Shown here one piece after another: positions 17,471-31,464 of a stretch of DNA of 64,000 nucleotides. The stretch lies in contig JBAZUP010000001.1 of assembly GCA_041661385.1 (NCBI GenBank), forward strand, positions 576,907 through 640,906. Direction: 5' to 3'. The first letter of the stretch is position 1. Every line of letters begins with the position of its first letter. The position numbers were made by a program, and so were the translations under genes. A model generated the notes under the pieces. It searched no databases and was not told the DNA's origin. It saw only the letters and a program-made list of their open reading frames with translations. Source of the stretch: Patescibacteria group bacterium. Its GTDB lineage: Bacteria > Patescibacteriota > Patescibacteriia > Magasanikbacterales > GWA2-37-8.

Positions 17471-20400
17471 TTAAGGTGCCATTGGCGTTCCGGCATCATA
17501 ACGAGCTTTCGCAGGTAGCGTCATGACACGAGTACCGGCTGTTGCGCCAGAAGAATCAATCCAAGGCCAGGTATTTGCGCCGAAGAAACTTGGTGTTGAA
17601 GTAAGGAAATACGATACGCCAACGTTGTGATTTGGGAAGCCTGCGTTCCAATCAAAAATACTTGTATTTACACTGTCCCAATTACCATGTCTCCATAGCT
17701 TATCTACCGCCTTTGTTGAAAAGGTAGCTTGGCGCGCATCCCATGTCGAACCGCCATAATTCATATAGTTTTGAGGTGGATATGGAACACCACCGACAAC
17801 CCGATTCTGCGTTCCGGCCGCAATATTTGCATCATAATCGTCTCCCGAACCCCACACCATCTGACCAATACTCCACACTGAATATCGACCACCTTGCGCT
17901 GGCCCGGTGGCTTCATATACTGCGCCAGCCGGAGGATTAAGTACATTACCAACGAATGCCATTTCCCTTTCCCAACCATCCGTGTTGGCAGCGCGAAGAT
18001 TATTACCGTTTGCGTAATTTGTAGATTTTCCAGGTGAATAATTGCGAAGAAAAGCCATGTACCCGGAATTACCATGTGTAGTATCACCACCAATATTGGC
18101 CGACCAATTTCCCTCAACCAAAAGCATATGTGAAAAAGATTGATGTGAGCCATTTATTGCTCCGTCCATCCAATCACCACCATTTGCCGAAGTATTGTCT
18201 ACGTAGTTATAGGCAAAAACATTTCCCGGACCACAGGCATTAGTCTGCATCGGTTTGTTCATAAATATTGCAATACTGTCGATAACCAAACTATCACTGG
18301 TCGCGGCATTCAAGTTAATACCATAATTTGCACCACCAGAAACCGGACCACCCGTTGTATGATGCGCATACAGCCGTCGAATTTCCGACCGGAATTGATG
18401 TTCCATACGAACATGATCGTCGGTAATACCACCATTTGCTGAACCGTCAGTTTCAACATTTTTAATCCAATCAAAAGCACCAGCATGATAAACGATTGCG
18501 CCGCTTTGCGGACCAGCAAGAGAAAAATCTTCAAGTCCAAAATACCAAATTCCATCTGTGTCACGGCGTGAAACTCGCCACACTTGTGGATACAGCCTAG
18601 TCGTTCCATCGGCCTGACTATAATATGTATAAGCCATTCTGGTCGGTGGATCAAAGGTTAAAGTTGTTCCATTCACCGCGGTAATCTGATGAACCGATGC
18701 GACAGAACGGAATCCATTCGTTGATATCGGACCATGATAAGGTCCATCCGTAAACGGGGCTCGTTTATTATAACCGGCATCAAGTATCGAAACGTAAGAT
18801 AAATCATCGAGTTGATCAAGCTGAATAAGATCGCCGACCGCAAAACCGGTAGCACTCGCCACGGTCACCGACGTCGAACCGACCGCGAGACTTCCTCCTG
18901 CGGCAAGCGTCATTGTAGTTATAGGTACTGTACTCCAATCAGTATCAACGGATGCAATTCCGCCGCCAGCTGTAAAATTAAGTCTGGTGCGACCAGCCCC
19001 AACTGGTCCAGCACCTCTCAAAATTACATAATTTTGTGGAGTTATGCCCCCGATACTGCCGAAAGTTCCAGCCGGCATCAAGACAACTCTAATATTCGTT
19101 GAACTGCCTCGAGCTGAAGCAGCCGCAATTGCTGAATTTATTCCATTAGTCGTCATTTGCCCTGAAGTAAGTGTCGTATCGAGTGTGCCAGTTGGTATTC
19201 CACCCGGAATACCCGGCATCCATTTGAGACCATTAGTAAGAGTCGGCATTGCTGTAATCCACGCCGGCACATCACCGAGCGCATCGCTTGGATTTATCAC
19301 CGCAACACTCGCTGTTCCAGTAACTCCCGAAGCAACAGCATTTATAATATCACTACCTGAACCAACTGCCGCCGGCGCAGTATATAAACCGCTGGTCGCA
19401 TTAATAGTTCCGCCCGCGCCGCCAGCAGTAACACTCCATGCAAAAGTGGTCGTACCGGGCATGCCAATACTAAATTGGTCAGTAGAAGTGGCGGTGAATT
19501 GAGTTGTGCTGTTAATATTTACGCTCACCGATGAAGGTGAAACGGTAACTAATGAAAGTCTTTGGGTGACAGTCGAAGTGACTGTTGAAGTAGCAGATAA
19601 AGAACCGCTGTCAGTCGCAATAATTTGGAATTGATAAACTCCTGACCGATTAAAGGTCGCAACGGTGGTTGAAGCAGCTGTTGAGGTGTTTGCACTAAAA
19701 GTCGGATTGCTTGCGCCGGCCGGTTTTGAAAGAGTGCTCCATGTGAAAGTAAGATTTGCTAGGCCGGCATCGTCAGCAGCAACAACATGAAGAGTTGCGG
19801 TGGTACCGGTCACTGTGGCCGGAGTTGAAGTGACCGAGGAAATAGTTGGAGCGCTGTTTGGCGCAGTAACTGTGACGGTAACTGATGAAGTAACACTAGT
19901 ACCAGCAGCGTTGGTAGCGGTTAAAGTATATGCGGTGGTGGAAATTGGGCTTACCGTGGTAGTTGTAGAACCAGTAACTGTGCCCACACTTTGATTAATA
20001 GAAAGGGCGGTTGCACCGGTCGTTGACCAAGATAAAATCGCCGAGTTGCCACTTGTGATTGATGAAGGCGTCGCTATAAAACTACTAATACTTGGCGCCG
20101 CAACGACAGTTACAGCCGTTGAAGTAGTAACACTTGATCCGGCGGCGTTGGTAGCGGTTAAAATATATGTTCTGGTAGTCGTTGGACTAGTTGAAGTTGT
20201 AGTTTGACCAGTAACTGAACCCACTCCTTGATTAATAGAAAGGCTGGTTGCCCCAGATGTTGTCCAAGAGAGCACAGTCGAATTGCCATTTGTTATTGTA
20301 GAAGAAGAAACCGTAAAACTACTAATACTTGGCGCCGCAACGACAGTAACTGCAACTGAAGAAGTAACGGAACCGGAACCGTTCGTAGCTGTAAGCGTAT

Positions 20401-22024
20401 AAGTTCTTGTTGAAGTTGGAATAGTTGAGGTTGTAATTTGACCAGTAACATCACCAATACTTTGATTAATTGATAATGATGTGGCACCAGTGGTGGTCCA
20501 AGATAAAATAGTTGGACTACTAGAAGTAATAGTTGAGCTTGAAACAGTAAAACTTTGAATAGTTGGTAAAGCCGTAAGAGTAACTGACGCGGTACCAGTA
20601 ACACTTCCCGCAACAGCATTTACCGTATCATTTCCCGGACCAACAGCCGCGGGTGCTAAATATAATCCGGAAGTCGCATTAATAGTTCCACCCGCTCCAC
20701 CAGCGCTAACACTCCAAGCAAAAGTGGTTGTACCCGGCATTGCAAAACCAAACTGATCGGTTGAGGTAACAGTAAACTGCTCATTGGCATTTAGCGAAAC
20801 AGCTGTAGTCGAAGGAGAAACAACAACTGAAGCAACCTGCTGATTTACAGTAAGTGCGACACTTGAAGTGACAGAGAGCGAACCGGCATCGGTGATAGTT
20901 ATTAAAAATTGATAATTTCCAGTCGAACTAAAAGTAGCAACTGTTGTTTTAGAAGCATTTGAATTATTTTGACTAAAAACCGGATTGGTCGAAGAAGCCG
21001 GCTTACTAAGTACGCTCCAGGCATAAGTCAGCGCGCCTTCTCCAGCATCATCCGCGCCAAGAACAGAAAGAGTCGAAGTTGTTCTGGTAACAATTGCCGA
21101 TGAAGAAGTTGCCGAAGTCGCAATTGTTGGAGCTTGGTTGGCTGGTGCTGGAGTGCTTCCGCCACCACCCCCGCCGCCGCCTCCTCCACCACCGCCACCA
21201 CCGCCAAGAATTGGGGTTGGAGTCGGAACGGTTGAAGTTGTGGTAGCAACTGGAACAACCGGAACAAAATCCGAAGTAACTGTAATGCTTAAAGTAGCCT
21301 TAAGCATTTTATTATTAAAAGAATGTACGGTCGCTTTAGCATGAAACGTACCGGTCGCGCTAGGCGCGGTATAAACATCTCCCACCAAACTGCCGGCATT
21401 ATCTTCCACTAAAGACCAAATCGCCGGAACGTCTGCGGCGCCATTAATATTCAACTTTAAAGTAGTAGTACGATTAGGATTAATAAAAATCGGATCGGCG
21501 GTTATCCAAGTCGCGGCGGCCGGAACCGCGTCGATCACATCATATGGCACTTTTTTAAATAACGCCGCAGTAACTTTTTTTACTCCTTTGAAATCGGGAT
21601 AATAGGTATGATAAGTTTCAGAATCAATAAAATGCTGCTTAGTACACTGGCCGGTTACATAATACACTGCCCGGTCTTTTATGCTATTTAATTTAAAAGT
21701 TGTATAAGCTGTAATCGGACAATTCGGCGGCATGACAATGTTTACATCATAGGGAATACTGTCGAGCTTCGCCGCCGCGGTTTTTTTAACGGTGGAAAAA
21801 GATTTAAAATATGAATAGTAAACCTTGGAAGAAGTAAAAAACCGCTTCGTACAGGAGGCGGTTACATAATATACGGCCGGGTCACCGGCTTTTTTATAGG
21901 CAAAATTTTTGGTAAGTGGGCAGGTGGCCGCGCTCGCAGAAAAAGAAAAGAAATATAGAAAAAAAGTACCTAAAAACAGGCTAAATACGACCCCCCATTT
22001 CAGTCGTTTGTTATTCTTTTGCAT
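17471..22024 (-). CDS. Giant secreted surface protein (1517 aa) with Ig-like tandem repeats, a 17-Gly linker and a beta-helix-like C-terminal region
   Basis: N-terminal signal peptide, then repeated 80-90-aa modules ('ATSLSINQ..VTGQ..TYTLTATN', three copies) and 'TFAWSV.AGGAGGTINATSGLY' (two copies). The C-terminus has Gly/Asn-rich beta-helix-like repeats. Confidence 0.6.
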   Translation of the reverse strand: MQKNNKRLKWGVVFSLFLGTFFLYFFSFSASAATCPLTKNFAYKKAGDPAVYYVTASCTKRFFTSSKVYYSYFKSFSTVKKTAAAKLDSIPYDVNIVMPPNCPITAYTTFKLNSIKDRAVYYVTGQCTKQHFIDSETYHTYYPDFKGVKKVTAALFKKVPYDVIDAVPAAATWITADPIFINPNRTTTLKLNINGAADVPAIWSLVEDNAGSLVGDVYTAPSATGTFHAKATVHSFNNKMLKATLSITVTSDFVPVVPVATTTSTVPTPTPILGGGGGGGGGGGGGGGGSTPAPANQAPTIATSATSSSAIVTRTTSTLSVLGADDAGEGALTYAWSVLSKPASSTNPVFSQNNSNASKTTVATFSSTGNYQFLITITDAGSLSVTSSVALTVNQQVASVVVSPSTTAVSLNANEQFTVTSTDQFGFAMPGTTTFAWSVSAGGAGGTINATSGLYLAPAAVGPGNDTVNAVAGSVTGTASVTLTALPTIQSFTVSSSTITSSSPTILSWTTTGATSLSINQSIGDVTGQITTSTIPTSTRTYTLTATNGSGSVTSSVAVTVVAAPSISSFTVSSSTITNGNSTVLSWTTSGATSLSINQGVGSVTGQTTTSTSPTTTRTYILTATNAAGSSVTTSTAVTVVAAPSISSFIATPSSITSGNSAILSWSTTGATALSINQSVGTVTGSTTTTVSPISTTAYTLTATNAAGTSVTSSVTVTVTAPNSAPTISSVTSTPATVTGTTATLHVVAADDAGLANLTFTWSTLSKPAGASNPTFSANTSTAASTTVATFNRSGVYQFQIIATDSGSLSATSTVTSTVTQRLSLVTVSPSSVSVNINSTTQFTATSTDQFSIGMPGTTTFAWSVTAGGAGGTINATSGLYTAPAAVGSGSDIINAVASGVTGTASVAVINPSDALGDVPAWITAMPTLTNGLKWMPGIPGGIPTGTLDTTLTSGQMTTNGINSAIAAASARGSSTNIRVVLMPAGTFGSIGGITPQNYVILRGAGPVGAGRTRLNFTAGGGIASVDTDWSTVPITTMTLAAGGSLAVGSTSVTVASATGFAVGDLIQLDQLDDLSYVSILDAGYNKRAPFTDGPYHGPISTNGFRSVASVHQITAVNGTTLTFDPPTRMAYTYYSQADGTTRLYPQVWRVSRRDTDGIWYFGLEDFSLAGPQSGAIVYHAGAFDWIKNVETDGSANGGITDDHVRMEHQFRSEIRRLYAHHTTGGPVSGGANYGINLNAATSDSLVIDSIAIFMNKPMQTNACGPGNVFAYNYVDNTSANGGDWMDGAINGSHQSFSHMLLVEGNWSANIGGDTTHGNSGYMAFLRNYSPGKSTNYANGNNLRAANTDGWEREMAFVGNVLNPPAGAVYEATGPAQGGRYSVWSIGQMVWGSGDDYDANIAAGTQNRVVGGVPYPPQNYMNYGGSTWDARQATFSTKAVDKLWRHGNWDSVNTSIFDWNAGFPNHNVGVSYFLTSTPSFFGANTWPWIDSSGATAGTRVMTLPAKARYDAGTPMAP

Positions 22025-22089
22025 AGCATTTTAAGGATACTATTATACAAAATAAATGAATTTTTTACAATATTTTGGACAAAAAAAAG

Positions 22090-22213
<124 letters not shown>

Positions 22214-22299
22214 CTTTTCAATTTTCAATATAGTTTTTTCCGTAACAATCAAATTCAAATAGGGTACTTTCGGTTGCATTCTACACCACTAAAAGTATA

Positions 22300-25825
<3,526 letters not shown>

Positions 25826-26109
25826 ACGAAAACATATAAATATGCTTTCATTGCAATTTTCTTTATTGTGCTTACTTACTTTTACTCGTTATTTATCATG
25901 TAACCGCTCTGCAAGCGAATTACATGTTTGACTTTTGTTAATTGCATTGTGTAGTCCGACATTTTTCTTACTACAGAAAAATTCGGTACCTACATACCCT
26001 ATTTGAATTTGATTGCTATATTGCTATTGAGTTGTCAACGTGCTTTCCGGAATCATCCAAACGAAGATGGTGAAAAATTTTCACTGCTATCGTCTGACTA
26101 ATTCATTTG

Positions 26110-26422
26110 AGAAAAAAAGAGAACCGCGCAAAGCGGCTCTCAGCAAAAAATTTGCTTGTCAACCGTTTGGATACTTCGAGTAAGAATTTGTAGTAATGTG
26201 TAACATTGCTGTTAAGTTACTGAACTTACCCAGAGGTCCAAATGGTTGCGATTGCACCAAATCGTTGGACGTGGTCCCTAATTTATTAGGGATAATCGTG
26301 AGCTAGATTTTATCAAAAAAAATTCACCCTGTCAAGGGCGATTATGTGGATAACTAAGAGAAAAAAACACGATTATTACTTTCGACAAAAAGCATTATAT
26401 CACAAATAGTCCTTTTTGTCAA
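26110..26422 (-). ncRNA. Candidate independent small-RNA transcription unit (promoter to terminator, no credible ORF)
   Basis: On the minus strand: TTGACA (26422-26417), 17 nt, TATAAT (26399-26394). A second TTGACA, 17 nt, TAAAAT lies about 90 nt downstream. The unit has nested stem-loops and ends at the terminator gagagccgctttgcgcggttctc + TTTTTTT (about 26140-26110). Confidence 0.35.
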
Positions 26423-26440
26423 GATATTTGGCTAATCTTA

Positions 26441-26470
26441 AACAAAATCCGGTCACCTGTTGGTGACCGG
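26441..26470. terminator. Bidirectional terminator hairpin (ccggtcacc tgtt ggtgaccgg) flanked by A/T runs
   Basis: Perfect 9-bp stem, with T-tracts on both strands. Confidence 0.55.
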
Positions 26471-26481
26471 AAAAAATTTAT

Positions 26482-26826
26482 TTAAACTTCATCTTCATCA
26501 TCGTCTTTGTATATATCATCATTATCTTTTAATACCACGCTCACTTCTTCCTTCTCAAGCTCCGCATCTTCGGAGTCGGCGAGGGTTTCGGTTTTGTAAG
26601 CAGTCCACCTGGCGCGCAAATCATCTTTCAAACCTTCAGAGTCTTCTTCCAAATCTATTTCACCAAGATCAAGATGGTCTTCTACCACATCATCTATTAA
26701 TTCGTCCCAAAGTTCTTTGGAGGCAATTCCCTGATCACGGGCAAGATCGGCGACTTCCGAATATAATTGTTCGACGGTAAGAGTTTTTATAGACATATTT
26801 TTTTGCGAAATCATTCCGCGCAACAT
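26482..26826 (-). CDS. Hypothetical highly acidic protein
   Basis: 114-aa ORF rich in D/E. No recognisable domain. Followed by the bidirectional terminator. Confidence 0.4.
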   Translation of the reverse strand: MLRGMISQKNMSIKTLTVEQLYSEVADLARDQGIASKELWDELIDDVVEDHLDLGEIDLEEDSEGLKDDLRARWTAYKTETLADSEDAELEKEEVSVVLKDNDDIYKDDDEDEV

Positions 26827-26858
26827 CCTTTGAAGCGCGGCGAATTTAAAAAATTAAT

Positions 26859-27128
26859 TTATTCACTTAATATTACAATGCAACTGCCACCCTTGTCTAT
26901 GGCTTTTTCCACAAGCGGATGGGTTTTTAGAAAATCTCGAGTAACTTTACTTAGCACTCCCCGGCCGATGCCATAAACAATTTCAACGCTTAATTCTTTT
27001 TTGAGATAATTCTCGTGCAAAAACTGATCAATCTGATTTTCTATTTCGTGCGGGTCGCGTCCGTGCAAATCCAGTTTTGGGGCGCCCTGCCTTATTTCAC
27101 CGGCAAATTTTCTTATTTCGGAAGTCAT
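26859..27128 (-). CDS. Smr-domain protein
   Basis: LDLHGRDPHEIENQ Smr signature. Confidence 0.7.
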   Translation of the reverse strand: MTSEIRKFAGEIRQGAPKLDLHGRDPHEIENQIDQFLHENYLKKELSVEIVYGIGRGVLSKVTRDFLKTHPLVEKAIDKGGSCIVILSE

Positions 27129-27130
27129 AT

Positions 27131-27727
27131 TTAAAAACCAATTTGAGCTAATATTTTATTAAACCAGCCCCGGGCGTAAACTTTTTTAAGCTCCTGATTT
27201 AATTCCGGGAAAGTTTTAACTCCGTCAAAATGATTGCGTTGAGAGAGGACAATTATTTTTGAACCTAATTCGTTGGAAAAAAATTCCCGATTTTTTAAAG
27301 GCACGAGCGGATCATTATCGGAAAAAAATGCCACAGAATTACGTAATTGCTTTTTGATCTTACCCGCATCAAGCGGCGTTTTAATCCACTGCTCCGCAGC
27401 TTTGGCTTCAAAGCCTTCCAGCTTTACAAACGGAGCTACTAAATATGCGCCTCCTGCGACTGTACTCTCCGGCAAGCTTTGCAAAAATCGCAAAATAGCC
27501 TGACAGCCCACGCTGTGACCAATAAAAAAAGTATTTTCGTCTACTGCCCCAATTGTCTTTTGCAAATATGGAATCCATTCTTCAATTTTGGGCTTGGTCG
27601 GATTTGGCAACTCCGGCGCGATTACTTCACAGCCGTTTTTTTCCAATTCCTTTTTCAGCCAAGGGAACCAGTACATTTGGGGGTGACTGGCCCAGCCGTG
27701 AACGATGATAAATTTTTTGGGAGACAT
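27131..27727 (-). CDS. Alpha/beta hydrolase, RBBP9/YdeN-family serine hydrolase
   Basis: IVHGW N-terminus and GHSVGC nucleophile elbow. Confidence 0.65.
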   Translation of the reverse strand: MSPKKFIIVHGWASHPQMYWFPWLKKELEKNGCEVIAPELPNPTKPKIEEWIPYLQKTIGAVDENTFFIGHSVGCQAILRFLQSLPESTVAGGAYLVAPFVKLEGFEAKAAEQWIKTPLDAGKIKKQLRNSVAFFSDNDPLVPLKNREFFSNELGSKIIVLSQRNHFDGVKTFPELNQELKKVYARGWFNKILAQIGF

Positions 27728-27728
27728 A

Positions 27729-28079
27729 TTAATGATTCGAAAACGCGAACAATATTAATGATACTACACCTAAGGCAATGCCAGCAATTTGAATATAATT
27801 AAAAGTTTCTTTAAAAATGAAGAAACCAATAATGAGAAAACCAATGATACTTAAAAAACTCCAAACTATTGAGGTAATAATAAGTTGCTCGCGTAAAAGA
27901 GTTGGTATATAGAAAACACCCGAACAAATATAACCAACGACAGACATTACAAACCGCCATGACTCCCGGTTCTCGGACCAAGATTTTGCAAAATAGTCAC
28001 CAGTAATAACTCCCGTTGCGCTAAGCAAAATTAAAATAAAAACGGGAAGACGCGAAGTTAGGCTGAGAAATAATTCCAT
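27729..28079 (-). CDS. Small four-TM membrane protein (SMR/DMT-like)
   Basis: 116 aa with four predicted helices and a charged residue in TM1. Weak resemblance to EmrE-type transporters. Confidence 0.4.
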   Translation of the reverse strand: MELFLSLTSRLPVFILILLSATGVITGDYFAKSWSENRESWRFVMSVVGYICSGVFYIPTLLREQLIITSIVWSFLSIIGFLIIGFFIFKETFNYIQIAGIALGVVSLILFAFSNH

Positions 28080-28083
28080 ATTG

Positions 28084-28167
28084 TGCCGTGGGAGAGACTC
28101 GAACTCTCAATCCCTTGCGGGAACCAGCTCCTAAGGCTGGCGTGTCTACCAATTTCACCACCACGGC
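28084..28167 (-). tRNA. tRNA-Leu (anticodon TAG), long variable arm
   Basis: Reverse complement GCCGTGGTGGTGAAATTGGTAGACACGCCAGCCTTAGGAGCTGGT...GAGTTCGAGTCTCTCCCACGGCA. Confidence 0.8.
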
Positions 28168-28734
28168 TTTATTGTCGCCCTATTTAATCACCTTATCAAC
28201 AAAAAATCAACCATTCCACTCTCGCTATCGCCCGCCTGCAACGCTTTGCGTAGCAATGCGGGCAGGCTCAATCAATTTATTCATTTCTTTTTATTCAATA
28301 TTCCCTAACCCTACGCGGGCGGCGGTTACTTTCATAATTGAAAGTAACCAAAGCTTTTGGGGAAACCGTCGATATAACCACTCGCTTGCGAAAGCTCGGG
28401 ATATCGACGTCCCCAACCCCCTTATTGGACGAACGTTGGCCAATTGCCAATTCGCGACCGAGCATTTGTGGAACGAGAGCGAAATGGCCGACGAAATTAG
28501 ATTTTTTCAATGCGAGTATGAACCTTTGAAAAAATCGTTTTATTTCGCCGTGACATTTGCCGAGTGGAACAACTGCGAGGCAATTTTGGGGGCACCCCTT
28601 TTGTTGCCAAAAGGGGTGTGAAAGAATTTTGTTTGAGCGACAGTGAGAAAGAGTCTGTATGATTGACAAATCGCTTAATTCCTGCTAGGTTGCAAGTAGC
28701 ACCTTCATAATTCAAACCCCACAAAGGAGTCGTT

Positions 28735-29064
28735 ATGTCTACTGCTGACAAACTGCTGAACGCGACCGATAATGAAGCAAGCGGCAAGCTGATAATTCCT
28801 AAGGCAGAGTTCCTGTGGCGATACGTTTCGGGATCAAAAGATCTTGAAAAAATCGGCTGGCATTACGAATATAGTGTTGCAATAAAAGATGGGCTGAAAA
28901 TCGGCCTGGGACCTAGGATTGTCAGAAACGCTTACCTGATATTCAGCATCTATTACGACAGAAAGGAGGTCTTTTACGGATCCTACGACCGGATAAATAC
29001 CTACCTACCCGGAGACTGGGAAAAGATTCTAGACAGACTATACCAAGAAGCTATTAACAACTAA
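28735..29064 (+). CDS. Hypothetical protein (109 aa)
   Basis: AAAGGAG RBS 7 nt upstream, a TTGACA-17-TAGGTT promoter, and a downstream bidirectional terminator. No recognisable domain. Confidence 0.5.
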   Translation: MSTADKLLNATDNEASGKLIIPKAEFLWRYVSGSKDLEKIGWHYEYSVAIKDGLKIGLGPRIVRNAYLIFSIYYDRKEVFYGSYDRINTYLPGDWEKILDRLYQEAINN

Positions 29065-29259
29065 TAGGGTGCACACGCCTTAACCTAATTCTGCCACGAC
29101 AATTGAGGCGACGGCAAAAGTTAATGAACGTGCCAAGTGGGGTCTGTAGGTGAGACTCGGCATATTGCCGCGAAGTGTTGAGTCTGCGGAGTTAGTATTA
29201 ATTCGCGGCCTCAACAAAAAAGCACTCTAGACGAGTGCTTTTTTGTTTTAAATTTTTAT

Positions 29260-31464
29260 TTATGGTCTGTGTCCACCGCGAAAGCCGCCGCCTGGGCCGC
29301 CGCGCCTTGGGGCGGGTCGGTCAAAGGCAGGCTGATCGACATAGCCGGCTGGCTTGTCGAGGAGCTGTCTAATGCTTAGATTAATGCGGCCAAGATTATC
29401 AATTTCTCTTACGAGAACTTTTACCTTGTCGCCAATTTTGAGCACGTCACTCGGGCGATTGGTTCTGGTCCAAGCAATTTCGGAAACATGTACCAGGCCG
29501 TCTTGTCCGGGAAGAATATTAATGAAAGCGCCGAAATCTTCAAGGCGAGCAACGGTACCGTCATAAATTTCTCCAGCCGTAACTTCATGAGTCAATTGTT
29601 TTACCCAAGCAACGGCTTTTTCCATACCTTCAGCATTAACCGAAGTAATAATTACTCGGCCGTCATCTTCGATATCCATTTGCACTCCGGTTTCAGCAAT
29701 AATCTTGTTAATCATCTTGCCGCCAGGACCAATGACATCGCGGATCTTATCTGGATTAATATTAACTGTAATAATGCGCGGAGCATATTGAGACATTTCC
29801 TTGCGCGGCTCAGCGATAACAGCATGCATAGCAGCCAATATCTTGAGACGAGCTTCTTTCGATTGAGCGAAAGTTTGATCAACAATATCCCAAGTTAAAC
29901 CGTGAGTTTTGGTATCCATTTGCATAGCAGTAATACCATCACGGGTACCGGTAATTTTGAAGTCCATGCCGCCTGGACCGTCTTCAATATCTTGTAAATC
30001 AGTAATAACTTTCCATTTGCTGCCGCTAGTTGCAAGACCCATCGCAACACCGGCGACCGCCTTTTTTAAAGGAACACCGGCATCCATAAGAGCGAGTGTG
30101 GAACCGCAAGTGGAAGCCATTGAGGAAGAACCATTTGAACCAAAAACCTCAGATACAACGCGAACCGCATATGGGAAAGATAAGGCATCAGGAAGAACCG
30201 GCTCGATAGCGCGTTCCGCAAGAGCACCGTGACCGATGGATCGATTGCCCGGACCGCGCAGTGGCCCCGTTTCGCCATAGGTGGCTGGGGTATCACTATA
30301 GTGGTGCATGTAGCGCTTGGTACCTTCTTCTTCCATGGTATCAAGAGTTTGCACATCGCCCGGAGAACCCAAAGTAACAACCGACAAAACCTGAGTGTCG
30401 CCACGCATAAAGAGTCCTGAACCATGAGTGCGAGGGAGTAAACTGGTTTCAATGTGTAAAGGACGAATTTCAGTGATTGATCGGCCATCTAGGCGCTTAT
30501 CACTATCAATGATTGCCTCGGAAATGTGTTCCTCGACATAAATTTTTACTCGGCCAAGCACAACCGATTTTATTGAATCTTCAACTTCTTTCGCTTCAAG
30601 CATTTCTTTTATTGCAACTTCAAATCTTTCAACGACTGCAATTCGCTCGGCGCGGCCTTTTTTAACCGTATCAAAAATCCAATCTTTAACATGGCTCGCT
30701 ACCAACTCTTTAGCAATTTTTTCAACTTCTCTAAGTTTGGTTTCGTGCTCAGTAAGATTAGCGTGAAGATCAACTTTCTTTTGTCCAACTTCACTCTGGA
30801 TTTTTTTAATGAATTCAATAACTTCCGCTAAATTTTCGGCACCAAATTTCATTGCTTTCAAAATTTCCGCTTCTGGAACATCTTTACAAGCCGCTTCTAC
30901 CATAATTAATTTTTCTGGAGTACCGGCAACTACGATATCAGCGTCACCTGCTCCACGTTCGGCGAAAGAAGGATTAATTTTCCATTCACCATTTACTCTG
31001 CCGACGCGCACTCCGCCAATTGGGCCGTTCCAAGGAATGGACGACATTGAGAGTACGATTGAAGCGGCAATGAGAGCAGGAATCTGTGGATCATTTTCAC
31101 CATCATATGAAAGAGCGGTTAAAATAACCTGCACTTCATTACGCATTGTTTCATCAAACAATGGGCGGATTGAACGGTCTACTAACCGACCCGACAAAAT
31201 CGCGTCTTCAGTTGGCCGACCTTCACGCTTAATAAATCGGCTGCCTTTGATTTTACCAGCAGCGTAGAGTTTTTCTTCAAAGTTCACCATGAGCGGAAAA
31301 AAATCTATCCCGTCGCGGGTTTTTTTACTTCGAACCACCGAAGCTAAAAGCACTGTGTCGCCATAGCGCACCGTGCATGAAGCGTTGGTTTGCAACGCAA
31401 ATTTCCCAGTCTCTACTGACAGGGTTCTTCCGGCCCATTGCATGGACCAATTCTTAACATCCAT
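29260..31464 (-). CDS. pnp: Polyribonucleotide nucleotidyltransferase (PNPase)
   Basis: Two RNase PH domains, KH and S1 domains, and a Gly/Arg-rich C-terminal tail. Confidence 0.9.
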   Translation of the reverse strand: MDVKNWSMQWAGRTLSVETGKFALQTNASCTVRYGDTVLLASVVRSKKTRDGIDFFPLMVNFEEKLYAAGKIKGSRFIKREGRPTEDAILSGRLVDRSIRPLFDETMRNEVQVILTALSYDGENDPQIPALIAASIVLSMSSIPWNGPIGGVRVGRVNGEWKINPSFAERGAGDADIVVAGTPEKLIMVEAACKDVPEAEILKAMKFGAENLAEVIEFIKKIQSEVGQKKVDLHANLTEHETKLREVEKIAKELVASHVKDWIFDTVKKGRAERIAVVERFEVAIKEMLEAKEVEDSIKSVVLGRVKIYVEEHISEAIIDSDKRLDGRSITEIRPLHIETSLLPRTHGSGLFMRGDTQVLSVVTLGSPGDVQTLDTMEEEGTKRYMHHYSDTPATYGETGPLRGPGNRSIGHGALAERAIEPVLPDALSFPYAVRVVSEVFGSNGSSSMASTCGSTLALMDAGVPLKKAVAGVAMGLATSGSKWKVITDLQDIEDGPGGMDFKITGTRDGITAMQMDTKTHGLTWDIVDQTFAQSKEARLKILAAMHAVIAEPRKEMSQYAPRIITVNINPDKIRDVIGPGGKMINKIIAETGVQMDIEDDGRVIITSVNAEGMEKAVAWVKQLTHEVTAGEIYDGTVARLEDFGAFINILPGQDGLVHVSEIAWTRTNRPSDVLKIGDKVKVLVREIDNLGRINLSIRQLLDKPAGYVDQPAFDRPAPRRGGPGGGFRGGHRP

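Noticed and set aside
21138-21344. Poly-proline ORF (PPPPPPPP...) on the plus strand
   Set aside because: It is the antisense reading of the (GGN)17 glycine tract inside the giant surface-protein gene.
28088-28621. 177-aa plus-strand ORF
   Set aside because: It starts inside tRNA-Leu(TAG), and its composition is not protein-like. The region is better treated as structured non-coding DNA.
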